Shown here piece by piece: positions 21,047-30,964 of a stretch of DNA of 64,000 bases. This stretch comes from an uncultured virus (IMG/VR IMGVR_UViG_3300048503_000010) (lineage: Duplodnaviria; Heunggongvirae; Uroviricota; Caudoviricetes). How positions within the stretch are numbered: the first letter of the stretch is position 1; every line of letters begins with the position of its first letter. Where the stretch lies: positions 1 through 64,000 of IMG/VR virus record IMGVR_UViG_3300048503_000010, one strand, 5' to 3'. The notes beneath the pieces are model-generated. The model saw only the letters and a program-made list of their open reading frames with translations, did not search any database and was not told where the DNA came from. The position numbers and the translations under genes are program-made.

Positions 21047-21233
21047 TTAACAGATTTCCACCTATTCGTCCCTCTGCTCAATTCTTGAGGGAAGAGCATT
21101 GCACTCTTCCCCCCGCCTCCCATATGATAATAATTCAGACAGCAGGTAGTTGTGGTGACGTTTTCGCGCCTATATTCACAACTAGGAGGAGCCTGCTGCC
21201 TTTTCTCTATAATTATTTTCTCTCTATAATTCA

Positions 21234-22046
21234 ATTATAACACACTAAAAATTCCTTGTCAAGTTTTTGGCAGGTAACTCCTTTTGATTCAACCCAACAA
21301 AAATATCTGTGTTTTATTTTTATCTTAAGAAATTCCCTTATTTTCAGGAATTTTAAAGACCCGTTTCCATAGGTTCGCCTCTTTTGGGTAATGCTCAACA
21401 ACCGGGTCAGGTTTTAGTAATTCAACTTCTGCTCGTTTTCGAAGTGCTTCTTCTGTCTTTGATCTAGCATTCTGATTCCCAAATCTAGCTTTCCTAAAGT
21501 CCTTCCCAATCCAACCCGTCATTAACTTCATAGTTCTTCCTTGTTAGATACTCCATACTACACAATGGACTCAATATTTCTATATTGTACCACAGAACTG
21601 CCTATTTGTCAAGTTTTATTGCAAAAAAAACATAGAAAGTAAGATAATCCGGATAATCTAACCAAACTCCCCACAACTGATCAGGCTTCGCCAAAACGTA
21701 CACACCCCTGTTATTACATAGTTGGGGTTTCGGTCACGAACAATATTATTGTAACACGGTAATTGAAATTTGTCAAGTCCATTTTTTAAATATGTCTCCC
21801 ATAACCCAGATATGTCTTTGATTATAAAAGACTTATTAATTTAAAAATAAAATTTTTTGTAAATAGAGAAAGCGAACAAAAAGCGAAAACACAGAAAATA
21901 TTAATATATGGTTTTTAATATATTATCAGTTAGTGCCCCTCAAGTGCCATACAGTTTACACTGACTCCCACAGTAACCGTAAATCTAAAGGACTTAGAAG
22001 ATTTAAATTTTTAAATCTTGACTTTAAAGCCATTCCATGGTAGAAT
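21234..22046. promoter_or_regulatory. AT-rich divergence region with sigma70-type promoters
   Basis: Three minus-strand TTGACA-17-TA(T/C)AAT near 21262, 21612 and 21776; plus-strand TTGACT-17-TAGAAT at 22018-22046. Confidence 0.7.
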
Positions 22047-22052
22047 GGCTCT

Positions 22053-24763
22053 ATGCTTAATGAAGAACGCACACCATTGATTCTCAATCCCCCACCTAAT
22101 ATAACGAGAGTTGTTGACGATGAATCAGTAGCAAGTCTACTGCAGCTTCCTTTCGACACATAAGGAATATGGGTGGGATACGGAAACAACGGTAGTTAAC
22201 GACTTCTATTGGCGGCGAGTAAGGACCATACAGTTTGGTGATAGTAAGGAGCAGTATGTTATTGATTTAAAGGAGTTTTGTGATGGTAGCTCAGATATTC
22301 TTTATGATTGCCAAGGTGATTATGGCAAGAATCTTGACAAAGCCCCCCGGCTGCAAGACTTACTAAACAAACTGGTTCCGTTTGTATGCTCACATGAGAT
22401 CACTAAGGTCGGCGTGAACTTGGCATTTGAATATCAATGCTTCTATTGGAACTTTGGAATTCGTACTAATGGATTCTATGATTGCATGATGGTAGAAAAA
22501 TGTATATATTCTGGGTTAGGTGGACAAGCATCTTTAAAGAACTACGGGTTTTACTCTATGGAAGAGATGTTAGGAAGATACTTTCATAAGAGTATTGACA
22601 AAACATTACAGACATCTTTTAATCTGGATGATGAACTATCTGACGCTCAGTATGAGTATGCTGCATTGGATACTCGCATCCCATTGGCGATAAAAGCGGT
22701 GCAAAATCTAATCACAGCGGGTTGGCTTCCGGGAGCACTGCGTGACGCAGGTTATCCTGAGAAAGCAAAACTGCTTACTGAGTTGGATCAACTTCTTTTG
22801 GGAGACAATCTTAGGGAGATTTGCCAGATTGAGAACGATGCAATTGGATCATTTGTGGATATGCACGTTCATGGCGAAAGAATAGATCGAGAAAAATGGC
22901 TTGAAAGGGTAGCTAAACGCAAGATTCGATTCACAGAAGTTCTTCATGAACTTGATGAGTATTTTTTGCCGTTGGTCGGCTCAAAAACCGAGAGCATCAG
23001 TCAAGAAGAGGTTGATACTCTTGAGGCTGCATGGAAAGCACTAACTGCTCCTAGTCAAAAAGAGATTGAACTAAACCTTATAATTAAGGCCACGCTACGT
23101 GAACAGAAAAAAACCGGAATAGTCGATTTAAACTGTGCTTCTTTAGAGGAGAAACTTGTTACGCTTGAGGCGAAGCGTAAAGAAAACAAAGAAAACCTGA
23201 AAAAGAAGCATGGGGAGTTAAGAAAAAAGCGTACACAAATTCTTAAGCTGATTGACCAGTGTGAAGGAGATGCACTTATTAATTACAACTCTGGCGCTCA
23301 GCTTTTGAAAGTCCTTGTTGAGAATGAGCCGCGTTTGGTTATTAAGGAAAAAGGACAAGATAAGAAATTTACTGGCAAAACCAGGCCAGCAATCGATAGC
23401 CTTGATGATGAGGTTATGGAGAAATGGAAGCTAATTGTTCCAATTTTAGGTAAGATACAGGAATATCACGGCCTTGCTAAAGAGATTGGAACCTATGGCG
23501 ATGCGTGGGCGCAAGAATGGAAGACAAAGCCGAGCAAGGAAGAGGGATGGCTGCACCCCGGCGATGGAAGGCTGCACTCTGAATTTAACCAATATGACGC
23601 TGAGACGGGTCGTAGCAGTTCTTCTAAACCTAATGGGCAGAACTTACCGCAGGACACAGAGGTTCGCAGTTGTTTTATAGCCGATCCTCCTGATGAGTCG
23701 ATACGAATCAGCGATTGCTGTGAAAGCGAAACAGAGTGGAATGGTTCTGCATACTGGTGTAATAAATGTGGGCAAACATGTACAACTCACGCTGAAGAAT
23801 ATGTAATTATCACTGACGATATGTCTGGAGCAGAACTGCGAATTATTGCAGAGGCAGCAGATGACGCCCGTTGGATTGAGGCGTTCTCCAGAGATGAAGA
23901 TGTACACTCTATGGGAGCAGAACTTCTTTATGAAGTTGAGTGGCCAAAAGAAGCACTTCCGGATTGCGAGTACTTCAAGCTGAATGCTACAGGAACACCG
24001 CAAAGGAAGAAATGTAATTGTCCTTTACACAGGGTCACGCAGAGGAGACAATAAGAGCACAAACTTCTTGCTAGCATATGGTGGAGGTCCGGGCAAACTT
24101 GCTACAGAAATTAAGAAGACTCTGGCACAGGCTAAGGTTCTAATGGCCCTACACGAGCAGAAGAACCCCAATATCTGGGCCTATCTTGAGAAGTCTGGAA
24201 CCGACGCGATGCAAAAGCAGAAAGCGTTTGATCTCTATGGGAGACGCAGAATTCTTCCTGTCCCAACTAGAGCACGCGCACTAGAAAACTGTAAAGAGTA
24301 TAATGAAGACAAGCTTCGTTTGCCAATTGCGGACTGTGAGAAGAATGTTGAAACCTTCCTAATAATCAAGAAGAGAAAGCCGAATGCTGGAGAGATGTAT
24401 GAGCTATCTCATCGCCAGCCGAACGCAAACGAGATTGGAAGAAGCTATTACCAAATGTCAAACGGTTCCAAGCGCCAAGGGAAGAACCATGCTATTCAGG
24501 GAACGAATGCCACAATTGCAAAGCTGGCGATGTCTTCCGCTGTTGATGCCAATGGTATACCGTACCTGTGGAATACACTGCCTCTATACAAGGCTAAACT
24601 TCTGAAATTTGTTCATGATGAGTTAGTGGTTCAATGTCCAAAAAGATTTGGTAAGATCGTGGCCGAGCTAATCAGCGATGCGTTCAAACGTGCGGCAGCG
24701 GTTAAGATGCACAAGGTGGAAATGAAGTCTGAGTTCCATATTGGCAACTGTTGGGAGAAATAA
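22053..24763 (+). CDS. polA: Family A DNA polymerase with 3'-5' exonuclease; indels near 22148 and 24035
   Basis: WDTET, YAALD, ETGRSSSSKPNGQNLP, DMSGAELR, KSTNFLLAYG, NHAIQG, VHDEL. Confidence 0.93.
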
Positions 24764-25179
24764 TATGAAGAAATCTATTATAAAAAAAAATACCGGCAAT
24801 TGAGGCAGAGACAATGATTCCTTTTCCTCCATTTGACTACAGAGTGTATCTGTTCTTCGTAAACAATCTGGGAGAAGCAGTGAAAGCCATAATTCAAAAA
24901 ACGAGATGGCTTAAACCTAACCGCCCATAGATTAGAGGAAATTTCCGACTCTGGAGGTTTTCACTTGTATTCTACAAATAGAGCCAGAAGTTACCTGTTT
25001 CTGCATACCGATGCCCTATCAAATCAAATTGTGCATGAAGCGTACCATACTGTTTCTAATATATTTAGATGGATAGAGGCCGAGCATGAAGAAGAAGTTT
25101 TTGCCTATCACCTTGGGTATTTAGTGCAGGAAATCGTGTCAGATCAGAAAAAAATGTTGGAGAAGAGGCAAAAAAGGGC

Positions 25180-25208
25180 TTGACAAACTAGAAAAGACGT
25201 GGTATAAT
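25180..25208 (+). promoter_or_regulatory. Consensus sigma70 promoter for the RNA cluster
   Basis: TTGACA-17-TATAAT with extended TG. Confidence 0.8.
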
Positions 25209-25299
25209 GTACTTATAGTCAGGAAAGGGGTTGCTAGACCATGATAACTAGCTGGTGGAGGGCGTGAATCCCCCGTTGTAGTAACATTAAGGAGAAAAT

Positions 25300-25482
25300 A
25301 TGGTATTTGAAATTGTGGCAGTAGTAGCCCTTGCAATCGGAGTATATGAATACTTCTCGAACGCCAGCTTTAAGGCGAAGGTAACGGCAGACTTCACAGC
25401 GTTGCAAGCAAAGGTTCCCAGTTTTGTTTCAACAGTCAAAGCGGATGTTTCAGCAGTCGTGGCTGACATCAAGAAGTTGTAA
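25300..25482 (+). CDS. Small membrane-anchored protein
   Basis: AAGGAG RBS; N-terminal TM segment. Confidence 0.6.
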   Translation: MVFEIVAVVALAIGVYEYFSNASFKAKVTADFTALQAKVPSFVSTVKADVSAVVADIKKL

Positions 25483-25643
25483 GCACTTTAATGTCAACAA
25501 GTTTCTAGCCCATGCCTTTCGGTATGAAGGCTAGATTACCGGGCGCAATGCCCGGAGTGGGAATCCTCTGGTGGACGTAGGGCAGGGGCGCGGGGCGGGA
25601 TTATAAGGGGTTGGTCGCTCCACCAAAAATAAATAGGAGAATA

Positions 25644-25754
25644 ATGGCAGCTAAGAAGAAAGCAGCAAAGAAGGGTCTTGTCGGAAAGTTTGAACGTGAG
25701 GACAAGAAGGATGATAAGAAGCTAATTAAGAAGCTGAAGAAAGAGTCAAAGTAG
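25644..25754 (+). CDS. 36-aa Lys-rich peptide
   Basis: AGGAG RBS; MAAKKKAAKKGLVGKFEREDKKDDKKLIKKLKKESK. Confidence 0.5.
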   Translation: MAAKKKAAKKGLVGKFEREDKKDDKKLIKKLKKESK

Positions 25755-25763
25755 TTTAATCTT

Positions 25764-26142
25764 CGGGGTTCATCCAAGTGCAGGAGAAGGCTATTAGTAT
25801 AGTCTAATGTTTAGTGTGGCGGCTAGCACCCCGTTGCGAGTAAGCATGTATGAAGCAATAATTAGTAATATTGGACACGGGTTCGACTCCCGTCGTGTCC
25901 ACCAATAAAATTTATGGGCACGTCAAGGTTTCGACAGTATTGGTTAAGTGTTGTGGACATGCAGGTAGCCGACTACCTTAACAGCGGAAAACAATAACTG
26001 CGAATGAAAATTCAACGTTAATGGAAGCACTTCTTGCAGGAATCACTGTCAGTAATGACAATGAGACTAGCAACGAAATGTTGCCAGAATTGGTTAATGT
26101 AAGTTAACCTGAGATTGGCCCACTTGGAAACAGAACGGGCCA
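25764..26142 (+). ncRNA. ssrA: Circularly permuted (two-piece) tmRNA; outer ends approximate
   Basis: T-arm and acceptor 3' strand with CCA end at 25904, upstream of 5' piece GGGCACGTCAAGGTTTCGAC at 25916; G3.U70 pair; ATAACT-GCG resume site at 26000. Confidence 0.9.
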
Positions 26143-26283
26143 TTAAGATTTAATGAGCCAGCGGTGCTAACATGACCACCAGCATGAGGATAGGAGATGA
26201 AAAATACTCCATCCGGGGTATAGTGCAGAAAAACATGTTTGACAGTTTGCAGAGGGCCGAAAGAGGAAATCTGCTAAATTTAT

Positions 26284-26362
26284 GGTGAGGTTGGCAGAGA
26301 GGTTTAATGCGCTGGACTGTGAATCCAGTTTTCGCACGGTTCGAATCCGGCACTTCACCCCA
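26284..26362 (+). tRNA. tRNA-His(GUG)
   Basis: G-1; CTGGA-CTGTGAA-TCCAG arm; GTTCGAATC; C73-CCA. Confidence 0.88.
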
Positions 26363-26373
26363 GAAAGGAAGAT

Positions 26374-26640
26374 ATGACTACATGGTTTTTGGAAGATGAG
26401 GGTCGAGCACCCCGTATGGATGTAGGAGCACGTCAAGCAGGTATCAACAAACTTGCACGACAAAAGAAGTCTAGCTCTACAGCGGGAAGCAATGCTGGAA
26501 AGCCCTGCAAGTTTCGTGTACAATGTCCTGTGTGTCCAATGGAAGGTGGAGACACAATGTATGCCTTTGTGCAGAAGCGGGACAAAAAGACAATGTGCAG
26601 AGCAGGGCATCCAATTGATTGTTCCGGAGGTTGTAAGTAA
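26374..26640 (+). CDS. Small Cys-rich protein
   Basis: RBS; CPVC and C..GH motifs; lies between tRNAs. Confidence 0.5.
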   Translation: MTTWFLEDEGRAPRMDVGARQAGINKLARQKKSSSTAGSNAGKPCKFRVQCPVCPMEGGDTMYAFVQKRDKKTMCRAGHPIDCSGGCK

Positions 26641-26646
26641 CAGTTT

Positions 26647-26720
26647 CGGGGTAAGGTGTTATGGCAGCATCCGGGTTCTGGAAACCTGTGGTCGTCGTCC
26701 GATTCGACGTACCCCGACCA
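26647..26720 (+). tRNA. tRNA-Pro(UGG), atypical
   Basis: CGGGGTA/TACCCCG-ACCA; loop TCTGGAA; T-loop GTCCGATTC. Confidence 0.7.
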
Positions 26721-26725
26721 AGTTT

Positions 26726-26802
26726 AGGGGAGTAGAGAAGTGGCCTATCTCGCCGCCCTCATAAGGCTGAAATCGGTGGTTCAAATCCACCCTCCCCCAC
26801 CA
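26726..26802 (+). tRNA. tRNA with CAU anticodon (Met/fMet-like)
   Basis: CTCATAA loop; GGTTCAAATCC; 1-72 mismatch; ACCA end. Confidence 0.8.
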
Positions 26803-26846
26803 CTATGTATATGATACAAATCTTACATGAAACGGTATATAATACC

Positions 26847-26921
26847 GGGCAATTAACTCAATGGTAGAGTGCCACTTTTACAAGGTGGAAGTTGCTGGTT
26901 CAAGTCCAGCATTGCCCACCA
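26847..26921 (+). tRNA. tRNA-Val(UAC)
   Basis: Canonical cloverleaf; TTTACAA loop; CCA. Confidence 0.93.
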
Positions 26922-26931
26922 AAGTAACTAT

Positions 26932-27014
26932 GCGAGTATGGCGGAATTGGCAGACGCGATGGGTTTAGAACCCATTGAGCAATCATGGGGGTTCAAGTCC
27001 CTCTGCTCGCACCA
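26932..27014 (+). tRNA. tRNA-Leu(UAG)
   Basis: ATGGG-TTTAGAA-CCCAT; long variable arm; CCA. Confidence 0.92.
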
Positions 27015-27323
27015 AAACACATTCAGGAGGATGCAATGAAAACAACAACGACAGAGATACTCAATAAAGAAGGCAAGGTAATCAAGCGGGTAACAGTTAC
27101 AGAAGACGAGCAGGTTCTAGCGCCGCCAACATATCCGATGCCGTTCTATCCCGTTTACACTCCACAAACGATGCCTCTTTATGATCCTAGGCCCGATATA
27201 GGCCCACCCATCATCACTTGCAATTACTAGACAACAACCAAGATTGTCCGGCGCTATGAACCTGTAAAGGGATGGATAGACGAGAGATTTTCGGGGGCCA
27301 GCCGAAACACGGACAATAAAATT

Positions 27324-27400
27324 GCCCAAGTAGCCCAACTGGAAGAGGCAACGGCCTTAAAAGCCGCACAGTGTGAGTTCGACTCTCTCCTTGGGCACCA
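27324..27400 (+). tRNA. tRNA-Leu(UAA), short variable loop
   Basis: GCCCAAG/CTTGGGC-ACCA; CGGC-CTTAAAA-GCCG. Confidence 0.85.
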
Positions 27401-27507
27401 TGTCCACAATATGTTAGCGAGAAGTCTATCTAAAATAATCCCCGAAAGGGTATTGCTTTTTTATGTGGTATGTGATACAATGGTTATTAATGGAGGGTTG
27501 GCCGAGC

Positions 27508-27597
27508 GGGGAAGTGGCCGAGTGGTTGATGGCTCCGGTCTTGAAAACCGGCATACCCGAAAGGGTATCGTGGGTTCGAATCCTACCTTCCCCGCCA
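27508..27597 (+). tRNA. tRNA-Ser(UGA)
   Basis: CCGGT-CTTGAAA-ACCGG; long variable arm; G73-CCA. Confidence 0.93.
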
Positions 27598-27847
27598 AGA
27601 AAGGAGCAATATGGGAACGTTTACAGTAGGGAAACAGCCGTGTGATAACTACAAACCCCAGATAGAAGGAAATGGTTATGCTATTTGGGAGAATGTGCAT
27701 GAGTGTTTTTGTGGATATTCAGCGGGAAAGACATGTGGAAAGCTAGTAAGTTTTTGTTTGAATTGTAGCAGTGACCATCACGAAGATGGTTATGAAAACT
27801 GTCAATGTGGTGGGAAAGGTTTTGAATAGAAAGGAAAGGACAAAATA

Positions 27848-28054
27848 ATGGCAGATATTAAGCAAGCCGCGAAATGGATGCAAGAAGGGAAGCGGGTAAG
27901 GCGTCCTAAATGGCCTCCACTATATTGGTGGCTGATACCGAAGAGATTTCCTGTAGTTCAACTCCACTCCCCCAAGGGTGCTACACAGGACGCCATGATG
28001 GGTGCAGACGAATTGCTCGCAGAAGATTGGGAGATTGATGAAGGTTTTGAATAG
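27848..28054 (+). CDS. Small DUF2829-like protein
   Basis: A...M..GKRVRR..W and ELLAEDWEI motifs. Confidence 0.6.
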   Translation: MADIKQAAKWMQEGKRVRRPKWPPLYWWLIPKRFPVVQLHSPKGATQDAMMGADELLAEDWEIDEGFE

Positions 28055-28063
28055 GAAGGAAAT

Positions 28064-28672
28064 ATGAACAACTGTTGGCTAACTTCCGATGAGCACTATG
28101 GACACAACAACGTAATAAAGTTTTGCAATCGTCCATACAAAGATATTGAGGAAATGAAAGAGGGGTTGATTGAAAACCACAACTCTGTTGTGAAGAAAGG
28201 CGATCTTGTCTATCATCTTGGAGACATTTTCTGGAGAACTATTCCACTATTAGAAGCAGTTAGTATTGTTAAAAGACTTAATGGGCAGCATTATTATGTG
28301 AGAGGTAATCATGAAGAACTAATCGACCATAACAAGAACTTGAGAGACTTATTTATTTGGAACAAAGACATCGCAGAGATACACCCTGCCGGGTTCCCCA
28401 AGATTGTGCTTTGTCATTATGCATTGAGAACGTGGAATGGGTCAAACAGAGGATCGTGGCAGCTTTACGGCCATAGTCACAATGGTTTATCAAGAAGTGT
28501 TCAAGGGGTTACACGAGAAGAGTCTGCATTGTCTCTAGATGTTGGTGTAGATGCTTGGAATATGTTCCCAGTATCTTTAGATGAGATAGCCCTCAAGATG
28601 AAAGAGATTCAAGATGTTATGAAAGACGTACCGAATACGTTCCCACAGGGAATGACTAGGAGCGAAGAATGA
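28064..28672 (+). CDS. Calcineurin-like metallophosphoesterase
   Basis: SDEHYGH, LGD, GNHE, HY, GHSH. Confidence 0.9.
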   Translation: MNNCWLTSDEHYGHNNVIKFCNRPYKDIEEMKEGLIENHNSVVKKGDLVYHLGDIFWRTIPLLEAVSIVKRLNGQHYYVRGNHEELIDHNKNLRDLFIWNKDIAEIHPAGFPKIVLCHYALRTWNGSNRGSWQLYGHSHNGLSRSVQGVTREESALSLDVGVDAWNMFPVSLDEIALKMKEIQDVMKDVPNTFPQGMTRSEE

Positions 28673-29346
28673 AAATAGCAGCATTTAGCGATACCCACGG
28701 ATTACACAAGAATGTAAAAGTTCCAGACGCAGATGTGGTCATCTTTGCTGGAGATCTGATGAATGCGGGGTATCGTATACAAGAAGCTGCGGATTTCGCA
28801 GCTTTTTGGAATAAACTTCCTCATGTGTACAAGATACTAATCGCCGGGAATCACGACAGGTTATTTGAAGATGAGGAGATAGAATGTCTTAGTCTTTTTA
28901 GAGAAACCATCTACCTTAAGGATTCTGGAGTAACTATTAATGGAGTAAATTTTTGGGGAAGTCCTTATCAGCCTAAGTTCAACAATTGGGCATTCAATGT
29001 TCAAAGAGGACCAGAGATTGAAAAGCATTGGGATAAAATACCTCGTGATATGGATATTCTTATAACACACGGACCGCCTTTTGGTATTATGGATGAAGTA
29101 GGAGAGCTATGGGGAGTAGCACATGTAGGCTGCGAAGAGTTGTTAACTACGGTTAAGGTTGTTAGACCTAAACTTCATATCTTCGGGCACATCCACGCAG
29201 GGGCAGACCAAGGTGGAGTCTTAGTTGGTGACAATGAGTTAGCAGGAACTGTTTTCTATAATGTGTCGATATGCAATGAGCAGTATAAACCAGTTAATAA
29301 GCCACATCTAATTGATTTTAAGTTAAATCCAGTTCGCATAACATAG
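28669..29346 (+). CDS. Calcineurin-like metallophosphoesterase
   Basis: SDTH, AGD, GNHD, THGPP, GHIH. Confidence 0.9.
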   Translation: MKIAAFSDTHGLHKNVKVPDADVVIFAGDLMNAGYRIQEAADFAAFWNKLPHVYKILIAGNHDRLFEDEEIECLSLFRETIYLKDSGVTINGVNFWGSPYQPKFNNWAFNVQRGPEIEKHWDKIPRDMDILITHGPPFGIMDEVGELWGVAHVGCEELLTTVKVVRPKLHIFGHIHAGADQGGVLVGDNELAGTVFYNVSICNEQYKPVNKPHLIDFKLNPVRIT

Positions 29347-29915
29347 GGGTATGGCGTACATATAATATAAAGATGATAATCAACCTAAGTTGAATGAGCC
29401 AGTGCATTTGATCCAAGATCAACTTAAGTAGATCATGAGAATGTCAAATAGTTACAAGATCAACCAAGGTGGATCGTGTAGATAACTATAGACTAGTAGG
29501 AAGTTCAGATTTTAAACAAGGAGGAATATGTACGAACATATGAGTAGTTACTGCACACCACGGAGATGTGTAGAGTGCTTACAGCCAGCGTCCTTTTGGC
29601 GCTTCATTACAGGAAGGTTTGGTAAGAACCTTTCTTCACGTCAACCGGTGTGCGAGAAGCACGTCGGAGCTACCGAATCAAGCGAAGTACCTAGTGAAGT
29701 ACCTAGCGAAGTACATGCCGAAGGAGAAAAATGAGTGAACAACAAGTTGTATCTGCCTATGAATCTGTAACTTCAGAGGAGTTTGCCAAGATTCTTAAGC
29801 AAGAGTGGATCAAAAGGACGGGCAACACAGAAGAGGCGTCGTTCAACCAGTTGTGTGAGTTCTCAAAATCTCTGCTTGCGGACATTACAAGGCTAGAAGG
29901 AGGTAGGAAATAAAG

Positions 29916-30296
29916 ATGCTCGAACACATTCTTTACGTTGCTTTGGCAATAGTTTCTCCGACTACATCGGTAGTGAAAGCTACTCCCCATGCTGTCCATA
30001 AACCATCAGGGACAACCTACGCTACCTTCTACAATAGAAAGAGGGAAGGAAAAATCATGGCGAATGGGAGGCCATATGATAGGAACGAGTACTCAGCATC
30101 ATTCAACGGATGGAAGCTTGGGACTCTGGTTAAGATTACGAACCTAAAAAATCATGCGGCTATTCATGTACGGATTACCGATAGGAAGAAGTCAAACTGG
30201 AGCATCGATCTGTCTGAAGTAGCCTATAATGCTCTGGGACTTCGGAAGGAGCAGGGGATAGGGTTGGTTTCTGTGCAAAGAGTTAGGGAGAACTAA
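29916..30296 (+). CDS. RlpA-like double-psi beta-barrel protein
   Basis: ATFY...MANG..YD, GTLVKITN, VRITDR, IDLS..A. Confidence 0.85.
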   Translation: MLEHILYVALAIVSPTTSVVKATPHAVHKPSGTTYATFYNRKREGKIMANGRPYDRNEYSASFNGWKLGTLVKITNLKNHAAIHVRITDRKKSNWSIDLSEVAYNALGLRKEQGIGLVSVQRVREN

Positions 30297-30331
30297 GAAC
30301 TAAGAACTAAGAACTAAGAAGGAGGAGAAGT

Positions 30332-30964
30332 ATGATAATTAGTAGGAATGATTATGAGAGATCATGGCAACCGGGTATGCCAGCTTATGCAGGTGTGCAG
30401 GTTGGTTATGCAGGAGGGTTTAAGAACCACGCAGAGTCAGGACAGAAGGCGGCAGGACTGACAGGGGCAGCACAGACGGAGTCAGGACAGGATGCTGGTA
30501 ATATTTCCGCAGGAACTTCGGAAAAGAGCACAAGCAAGAGTACAAGATTGCTGCACGCTCTCAAGCATACATGTGGCTCCGCCTATTCATGCTGTCACCC
30601 ACTCCAAGACACTAGGAACTTCGGAGAGATTAAGTCTCCCAAGGGTCTGAAAGTCTATGTGCGAAGTGGTACCGGTGTGTTACCCGGAATGGAAGAAGGA
30701 TTCTTTGGGGACAATCATGAGGTACATCCCCATGCCCCCGACGCTGTCCCCGACGCTGTCCCTAATGGCTACGCCCATAGTTTACCAAGACCGGGAGATA
30801 GGCGCAGCCATGAGAATCACTCTACTCCGTGGTCTACAGGGTTGGTTATGCGTCTTGTCTCCGTAATAGATCAGCAGCAACACGAACTCGATCAGAAGGA
30901 GGAAGAGATTGCTAGCCTAAGGATGAAAACATATACGCCACTATCCCGGTGTCTTGTTGATTAG
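30332..30964 (+). CDS. Hypothetical protein
   Basis: 210 aa, strong AGGAGG RBS. Confidence 0.5.
   Translation: MIISRNDYERSWQPGMPAYAGVQVGYAGGFKNHAESGQKAAGLTGAAQTESGQDAGNISAGTSEKSTSKSTRLLHALKHTCGSAYSCCHPLQDTRNFGEIKSPKGLKVYVRSGTGVLPGMEEGFFGDNHEVHPHAPDAVPDAVPNGYAHSLPRPGDRRSHENHSTPWSTGLVMRLVSVIDQQQHELDQKEEEIASLRMKTYTPLSRCLVD

Noticed and set aside
20938..21234. 98-aa ORF as a real gene
   Set aside because: Starts within the promoter and overlaps the TnpB remnant out of frame
21552..21561. Self-target of the TnpB-remnant guide
   Set aside because: Only a 10-nt match that includes an RBS-like GGA; chance cannot be excluded
22053..24763. Split polA, programmed frameshift or intein
   Set aside because: Single-base indels are widespread in this consensus; no intein motifs seen
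27244..27316. Hammerhead ribozyme between tRNAs
   Set aside because: A closing stem TTGTCCG/CGGACAA exists but the CUGANGA core is not intact
26150..27700. ORFs 26150, 26167, 26453, 27411, 27461 and 27463
   Set aside because: They overlap tRNA genes and are probably spurious
30291..30318. (AACTAAG)x4 repeat, and three imperfect GATCAAC repeats near 29375-29475
   Set aside because: Short intergenic repeats with no evidence of function
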